A DNA stretch of 64,000 bases from Takakia lepidozioides (taxonomy: Eukaryota; Plantae; Bryophyta): positions 87,792,001-87,856,000 of the forward strand of contig CM060731.1 of assembly GCA_030704615.1 (NCBI GenBank), in the 5' to 3' direction. Within the stretch, counting starts at the first letter, position 1, and each line of letters begins with the position of its first letter. The notes below the pieces were generated by a model, which was not told the DNA's origin, made no database searches, and was given only the letters and a program-made list of their open reading frames with translations. The position numbers and the translations under genes were made by a program. This document shows, one piece after another, positions 60,611-64,000 of this stretch.

Positions 60611-62972
60611 GTACTGCAAGTTCTCCCTTTTGGAGAAAGGTCATCTGTCTTTCGAGCCACCATTCTTGTGAGGGCATGGAGGAACCCTGGGGCTGACTCC
60701 ATGTACACTGACGTTATTGTGAAGGAGTGGCATCTGGAACATTTGCGTGATTGCCCTTGGTATGTGGACCTTCCGCCCGGCTCGCTCAACCCATCCGAGT
60801 TTCAATTGAAGCTGGATGCTGAGGCCCGACGAAACCGGGCTCCGCTGCCTCCGCTGGGTCCAAAAGAGGCAAAAGCGCTTGCGAACTCCAGGAAAGCGGC
60901 AGAGCTTGCTCAGGCAGGAATTCAGGAGAAATTGAATGAGAAGAATAAAGGCCAAAGGAAAAGGACAAGGAAACAGGTGAGTACAGTAACACCCAAAAAA
61001 CAGAAAACCATCGGGGCATCGGAGGAGGCACAGGAGGGGACCCAAGGGAGTGACTCGGACGACGACTTTGTTCAAGGTCCTGCGACTGCTACTGCTGCTA
61101 CCAAGTCACCGGTCGTCCGGGTTCCCAAGTCAGTTCGGAGTGGGACTGGCTCTGCCAAGAAGTTGGCATTTGAGGGCGAGCCTACACGGCGGTATTCGGC
61201 GGTGACGTTTACGCACAGGCCAAAGCTAGAACCTCCAACCGTCATCCAATGCGTCAATGAGAGCTTCCTTGACGCTCTCACTGCCAGGGCGAAGAAGGTG
61301 GCACACAGCAAGTCTCTGGCGAAGCAGAAGGGGAAAGCCAAGAAGAGGGCTGCCGGTACAGAGCCTAAAGACACCCCTGGTTTTGAAGCCATGATGGAAT
61401 TCTTCACAGCTGTGAGCACGGATTGCAAGAGCACTCGGGGGGGGGGGGGGTTGGGGTGGAGAGAGCTTGCGATATGATTCTCCTCGACATTCCAGATGGG
61501 GAGCTGCTGGAGGGCCTGGATGGTGTGCCCAACTGGAACAGGTTTACTGAGGACTACTGGAAAGCCGGGTTTGGGCTGGCGGGGATGCTCCTGGATGACG
61601 GTGGATGTGTGGTTGTCCTTGCCACAAGAGGGAAGACCACAGAGAATGCGGTGGCAAGATGGACACCGAAAAGTGTCACCCCGGTCCTCCTCAGAAAAAT
61701 GGTTCTGCATCAATACACAGGGGTTGTGAACAGAGGGCCAAAGTGTAAGTTATCAATCTATTGCATTCACCTCATATTGTGGTGTATCTAAACTAGATCC
61801 CGGAGTTGATCCCTCTTTTGTTGGATGTGCAGACATTGGTGTTTGAGGCATATTGCTTTGTGAAGATAGGGTCTACGTTCAAATTCCGCAACGACGGTCG
61901 TCTTGTTGATGCCGCTGTGGACCCTGTTACCTACGATGTCCTCTACAACTATGTGCCCCACTCCAGTATGCCAAAGGACACAAAGACATTCAAACCGTGG
62001 CGGTACAGCCGGACCCGGAGCCCTGGTTTCATCCAAACCCTCATGGAGACGTGCTCGGATGTCCAAGGGCGGATTCTTGACCTCACATGTGGCACGGGTA
62101 AGCCTTCACGTGCTCAGTTTGTCCCCTAGCCCGATTGCAATTTCATGCCGCAAGCTATTAACCGCCCGTTTTGTTCCTCAGGTGCTTCAATGTGGGCAGG
62201 GACGTTGTCCGACAGGCATGTGTTCGCCTTTGAGCCTGATACTGCCCTCCACAACTCGGAACTTGCAGCGGCTGAACGTCTGCCCAAAGAGGAAGAGACA
62301 CCCTTGGAAGTTGAGGAAAAATCTGAGAAGGAGCAGGGGGAGGAACAAGTTGGGATCGAGGCCGAGGAGCCCCCGGTTTACGAGTGAGTGGTCGCATTGT
62401 AAGTTGCCTCCAGATTTTGTGAGGCACCTCCCTTCGCTTTCTTATTTCATTGAAAACCCTTTCTGCTTTTGCTGGTATTGACATTCTTGAAGTGGATTTG
62501 TTCTTACTGTAGGATGCCAAGTACTGCGGGAGGGACATCTACACCGGAGTTCATGGGCAGGAGGAACGTGCCTTTTTTTGCCAGGGGGGATCTCATGCCT
62601 AGTCCAGAAAGGGACTACATCCTTCCTACTTATGCTGCCCGGCTTGCTTCGGTGTCCATTAGGAGGTCTTCCGAACCTAGTTGTGTACAGCAGATTTTAG
62701 ACGAGGCAAGCCTCAAGAAAATGAAGATGAGGGAGGAGGCAGCAGATATTAGAGCCCGTCGGGCTCGTAGACTTGTCTTGGATTCTGCTGAGGAAAGTGG
62801 GGGAGAAGAGGCAGAAGATTCCCAGGAGGTGAGGTGGACAGTCCCCCAAGGAGATGACGGAATTTTTGAGAGGCATAGTGCAACCGATGCATCACAGAGC
62901 TCGGAGGATGGGGGGGATGAGGGGGATGAGGAAGAAGGAGGGCCAAGTTCCTCGGAAGGTGTAGGAGAGTAG
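60611..62972 (+). pseudogene. Beta-class DNA amino-methyltransferase-like gene, copy 2 (homopolymer frameshifts)
   Basis: Near-identical to 47882-50300 with the same splice sites and motifs (DMILLDIPDG; ILDLTCGT|GAS; VFAFEPD). G14 vs G9 at 61437-61450 and one extra A near 61695. Confidence 0.7.
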
Positions 62973-63952
62973 TTCCCATTCCTGCTATGTCAGTTAGGAC
63001 ACACTTGTATAGACGTGGCTTGCCACAAAATTTGCAATAAAATGTTGCATTTCATTGCTATGACGATTGCACATGACCCTATTTCCGTGCCTCCTAACCC
63101 TATTTCCGTGGACACATAATGGCCCGCTCATGCTTTTTTTTTTCCCGCTCATGCTCATGCCGCTCATGAAATAGCAGCCCCCCTCGCCTGCCTCGATGCA
63201 CTTCCACCTTGCGAGCGCAGTACCTGGGCAGGACTATCCAAAATTGACTGTGTTGCCTCGCCCCCCTGCGATCCCTCCCCAGCTCCCATGTCAAACAAAC
63301 AGGAAAACATGAGACACTGCAGGCCAAAAAAAAGGTGTAAAAGGAATAGTGTGTATGGAGTGCTTCACATCCACAAAGCACGAATCTCTCACTGGTGGGC
63401 AATCCGAGTCTCCGGATAACGAGGTCTGCATTTCCTGCATGAGACGGAGCTTAAGTCGTGTCGTCGGCGGCTTCCCAAAATCCCGCGTCCTCCTCTTTGC
63501 CAGAGTCGCCTGACCTTCCACAAACTCTATGCTATCACTATGCTGCATAAGGAGAGGAAACGCAGGAGAATGTCACTGCAGAAGGGCAAGGAGCGAGAGA
63601 GCAAAGCGGTGGAACATGCAACCACTATGCACGAGCAGATGCGTAAGCAGCCACGTCTCCGGAAGCGTTGCCACCGTCCACCACTTTCTGCCGTATGGGT
63701 GATGAAGAGATTGCGACCCCTGACACGTTCGCACGGATGAAGTCGACTGGAACACGACGCGTGCTTGTTCAAGCCACCAGTACAAGACGCTTTATCCAAA
63801 TTGCGGCACCGAAATACTGTTCCGTTCACCGGATGCTGTTCCCGGAGCAGCCGACATTGAATGAAATATCCGCACATCATGAAACCCAACCGCCATGAAA
63901 ATCCCTTGCCTATGACATTCAACAGTTAGGTCATAACGTTTCATCAGCGGAC

Positions 63953-63980
63953 GGATGAATTTCGGCGCCGAAATTCATCC
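63953..63980. repeat. Perfect 28-bp palindrome
   Basis: GGATGAATTTCGGC-GCCGAAATTCATCC. Confidence 0.9.
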
Positions 63981-64000
63981 TATTCAAGTGCTTTCATGCA

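Overview
Eukaryotic, repeat-dense window. It most likely comes from a non-seed land plant or a close streptophyte; this is inferred from the plant-type cpn60, J-protein and PPR sequences, the GT-AG introns and the non-chromovirus gypsy elements. One intact host gene is visible: a 9-exon DNAJC14/Jiv90-type J-protein at 40771-46474 (-). A decayed mitochondrial cpn60 lies at about 1.0-2.7 kb. Almost everything else is nested transposons. The highlight is a complete 14.75-kb gypsy-like retroelement (19599-34349, -, TG...CA, 4-bp TSD TGGC). Its reconstructed gag-pol reads Gag-protease-DNMT3-like C5 cytosine methyltransferase-RT-RNaseH-DDE integrase-PHD finger. It has no conventional LTR pair or PBS. 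Its ends are split direct repeats (A1...B1-A2-B2, the Ngaro/PAT layout) with a palindromic CATGACA-GT-TGTCATG junction. A second highlight is a duplicated, intron-containing gene for a beta-class (N6-adenine/N4-cytosine) DNA amino-methyltransferase-like protein at 47.9-50.0 kb and 60.6-63.0 kb. Also present: three pieces of a second, Athila/Tat-like gypsy family with extra ORFs; a SWIM/F-box-like TIR DNA transposon nested in the DNMT element; a solo LTR; palindromic repeat arrays; fold-backs; and tandem repeats. All calls come from reading the sequence by eye; no database searches were run.
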